The position numbers were made by a program, and so were the translations under genes. DNA of 48,349 nt from Emiliania huxleyi CCMP1516. Taxonomy: Eukaryota. Shown here piece by piece: positions 46,234 through 48,349 of this stretch. The stretch's first letter is position 1. Each line of letters begins with the position of its first letter. The DNA lies in NCBI RefSeq assembly GCF_000372725.1, contig NW_005201327.1:252815-301163 (forward strand). The letters run 5' to 3'. The notes under the pieces are model-generated. The model was not told the DNA's origin. It saw only the letters and a list, made by a program, of their open reading frames with translations, and made no database searches.

Positions 46234-48349
46234 ATGGCAGGCACCACCGATTCGACGACAGCGACCAGCGCCCCTGACGCAGCGGTTGGCGATGCGCCAG
46301 AGAAGACGCGCAAGGCTGGTGAGCGCAAGGATGGTGAGGGGCGGTACTCTCGCTCGCGCTCGCGCGAGCGCACCAGCTACCGCGACCGCGACCGATCGCG
46401 TGACCGCGACAGGCGTGACCGCCGCGACAGCGACCGAGACCGTCGCTCCTCACGCTCAGACCGGGACCGGCGCGACCGGCGCTCTGACACGCGCGACCGG
46501 CGGTACGAGGATGAGCGGCGGTCCTCGCGCTACGAGCGCCGCTCGTCGCGCTCTCGCTCTCCGCGCCGCAAGCGGACCAAGGATAAGACGCCCGCATTTG
46601 ATAAAGGCGCGGTCGCAGCGGCGCTTGCGCGCGCAAACGGAGCAATCACAGGCTCCTTCGCGTCGACGGTACCGGGGGCGGACCCGTCGCTGGGCTACGG
46701 GCTGGGGACGGTCGGGCTGCTCGCGAACCCCGCCGTCTCAGCCCTGCAGGCAGACCCCCCCCCCCCCTCCCCCCCCTCTAACCAGGCGCCAAAAGGCCGT
46801 CTCCGGGATGGAGACGCGCCGCGCCGGCGAGTCGGTGCAGCAGTTCTTCCAGCGGCGCATGGCGGGCATGCGCATGCTCAAGGCGAGATACACCGAGATA
46901 CATCGAGATACACCGAGATAGACCGAGATACACCGAGAANNNNNNNNNNNNNNNNNNNNNNNNNNNNNNNNNNNNNNNNNNNNNNNNNNNNNNNNNNNNN
47001 NNNNNNNNNNNNNNNNNNNNNNNNNNNNNNNNNNNNNNNNNNNNNNNNNNNNNNNNNNNNNNNNNNNNNNNNNNNNNNNNNNNNNNNNNNNNNNNNNNNN
47101 NNNNNNNNNNNNNNNNNNNNNNNNNNNNNNNNNNNNNNNNNNNNNNNNNNNNNNNNNNNNNNNNNNNNNNNNNNNNNNNNNNNNNNNNNNNNNNNNNNNN
47201 NNNNNNNNNNNNNNNNNNNNNNNNNNNNNNNNNNNNNNNNNNNNNNNNNNNNNNNNNNNNNNNNNNNNNNNNNNNNNNNNNNNNNNNNNNNNNNNNNNNN
47301 NNNNNNNNNNNNNNNNNNNNNNNNNNNNNNNNNNNNNNNNNNNNNNNNNNNNNNNNNNNNNNNNNNNNNNNNNNNNNNNNNNNNNNNNNNNNNNNNNNNN
47401 NNNNNNNNNNNNNNNNNNNNNNNNNNNNNNNNNNNNNNNNNNNNNNNNNNNNNNNNNNNNNNNNNNNNNNNNNNNNNNNNNNNNNNNNNNNNNNNNNNNN
47501 NNNNNNNNNNNNNNNNNNNNNNNNNNNNNNNNNNNNNNNNNNNNNNNNNNNNNNNNNNNNNNNNNNNNNNNNNNNNNNNNNNNNNNNNNNNNNNNNNNNN
47601 NNNNNNNNNNNNNNNNNNNNNNNNNNNNNCGCTCCCCCCCCCCCCCCGCCCATGGGCCCCCCCCCCCCCCCCTTCCTCCCCCCCTCCTCCCCCCCCTCCC
47701 CCCCGACCCCCTCCCTCCCCCCGACCGCAGGCCGAGGCAGGCTCCTCCACCGCAAAGCAGCTCGAGAACGAGGTGCGGGGGAGAGGCGGGGGAGATATGG
47801 GGAGATACGGGGGAGATGTGGGGAGATATGGGGAGATATGGCAGCTCGAGAACGAGGTGCGGCCAGCGCGGTCATACCCCCACCCCCCTGCAGAGAGTCC
47901 CCGGTGTGGGTTCAGGCTCCGTGGGTGGTGCGGTAGGGTGTGGGTTCAGGCTCCGTGGGTGGTGCGGTAGGGTGTGGGTTCAGGCTCCGTGGGTGGTGCG
48001 GTAGGGTGTGGGTTCAGGCTCCGTGGGTGGTGCGGTAGGGTGTGGGTTCAGGCTCCGTGGGTGGTGCGGTAGGGTGTGGGTTCAGGCTCCGTGGGTGGTG
48101 CGGTAGGGTGTGGGTTCAGGCTCCGGGGGTGGTGCGGTAGGGTATGGGTTCAGGCTCCGTGGGTGGTGCGGTAGGGTGTGGGTTCAGGCTCCGTGGGTGG
48201 TGCGGTAGGGTGTGGGTTCAGGCTCCGTGGGTGGTGCGGTAGGGTGTGGGTTCAGGCTCCGTGGGTGGTGCGGTAGGGTGTGGGTTCAGGCTCCGTGGGT
48301 GGTGCGGTAGGGTGTGGGTTCAGGCTCCGTGGGTGGTGCGGTAGGGTGT
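46234..48349 (+). CDS. RS/RD-rich protein, probable splicing factor; partial (gap, runs off window)
   Basis: RSRSRER...RDRDR...SRSRSPRR N-terminus; intron-like repeats downstream; no RRM visible. Confidence 0.55.
47903..48349. repeat. 34-bp G-rich minisatellite, ~13 copies, probably intronic
   Basis: Unit ggtgtgggttcaggctccgtgggtggtgcggtag. Confidence 0.97.

Noticed and set aside
47903..48349. CRISPR array or telomere
   Set aside because: Units are contiguous with no spacers, there are no cas genes, and the unit is not a short telomeric repeat
1..48349. Numerous overlapping Arg/Pro/Ala-rich ORFs in the ORF track
   Set aside because: Expected shadow frames of high-GC DNA, tandem repeats and N-gaps; no domain motifs

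Overview
GC-rich eukaryotic genomic DNA with assembly gaps. GC-AG introns filled with 10-11-bp tandem repeats and an AP2-repeat gene suggest a haptophyte such as Emiliania/Gephyrocapsa huxleyi (inference only). Main content: (1) a spliced gene fusing a class-1A DHODH-fold flavoenzyme with dihydrouracil-oxidase-type motifs to a thymine-7-hydroxylase-like 2OG-Fe(II) dioxygenase, apparently head-to-head with an NCS2/NAT nucleobase transporter, i.e. a candidate dihydropyrimidine/thymine salvage module; (2) an apparently intact Penelope-like retroelement with permuted domain order (N-terminal GIY-YIG, CxC linker, C-terminal RT; Naiad/Chlamys type) beside a (CT)n microsatellite, plus short repeats sharing its motifs; (3) intronless ankyrin-RING and ankyrin-kinase-RING genes, an AP2-repeat gene between ~290-bp direct repeats, and a frameshifted BTB gene; (4) a CPA2 antiporter, GNAT acetyltransferase, MgtE transporter, secreted PLA2-like gene, bestrophin and RCC1 fragments, and an RS-rich gene. 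Many introns begin with a copy of the downstream exon start. All family calls are by-eye motif recognition, no searches were run, and exon boundaries are manual.
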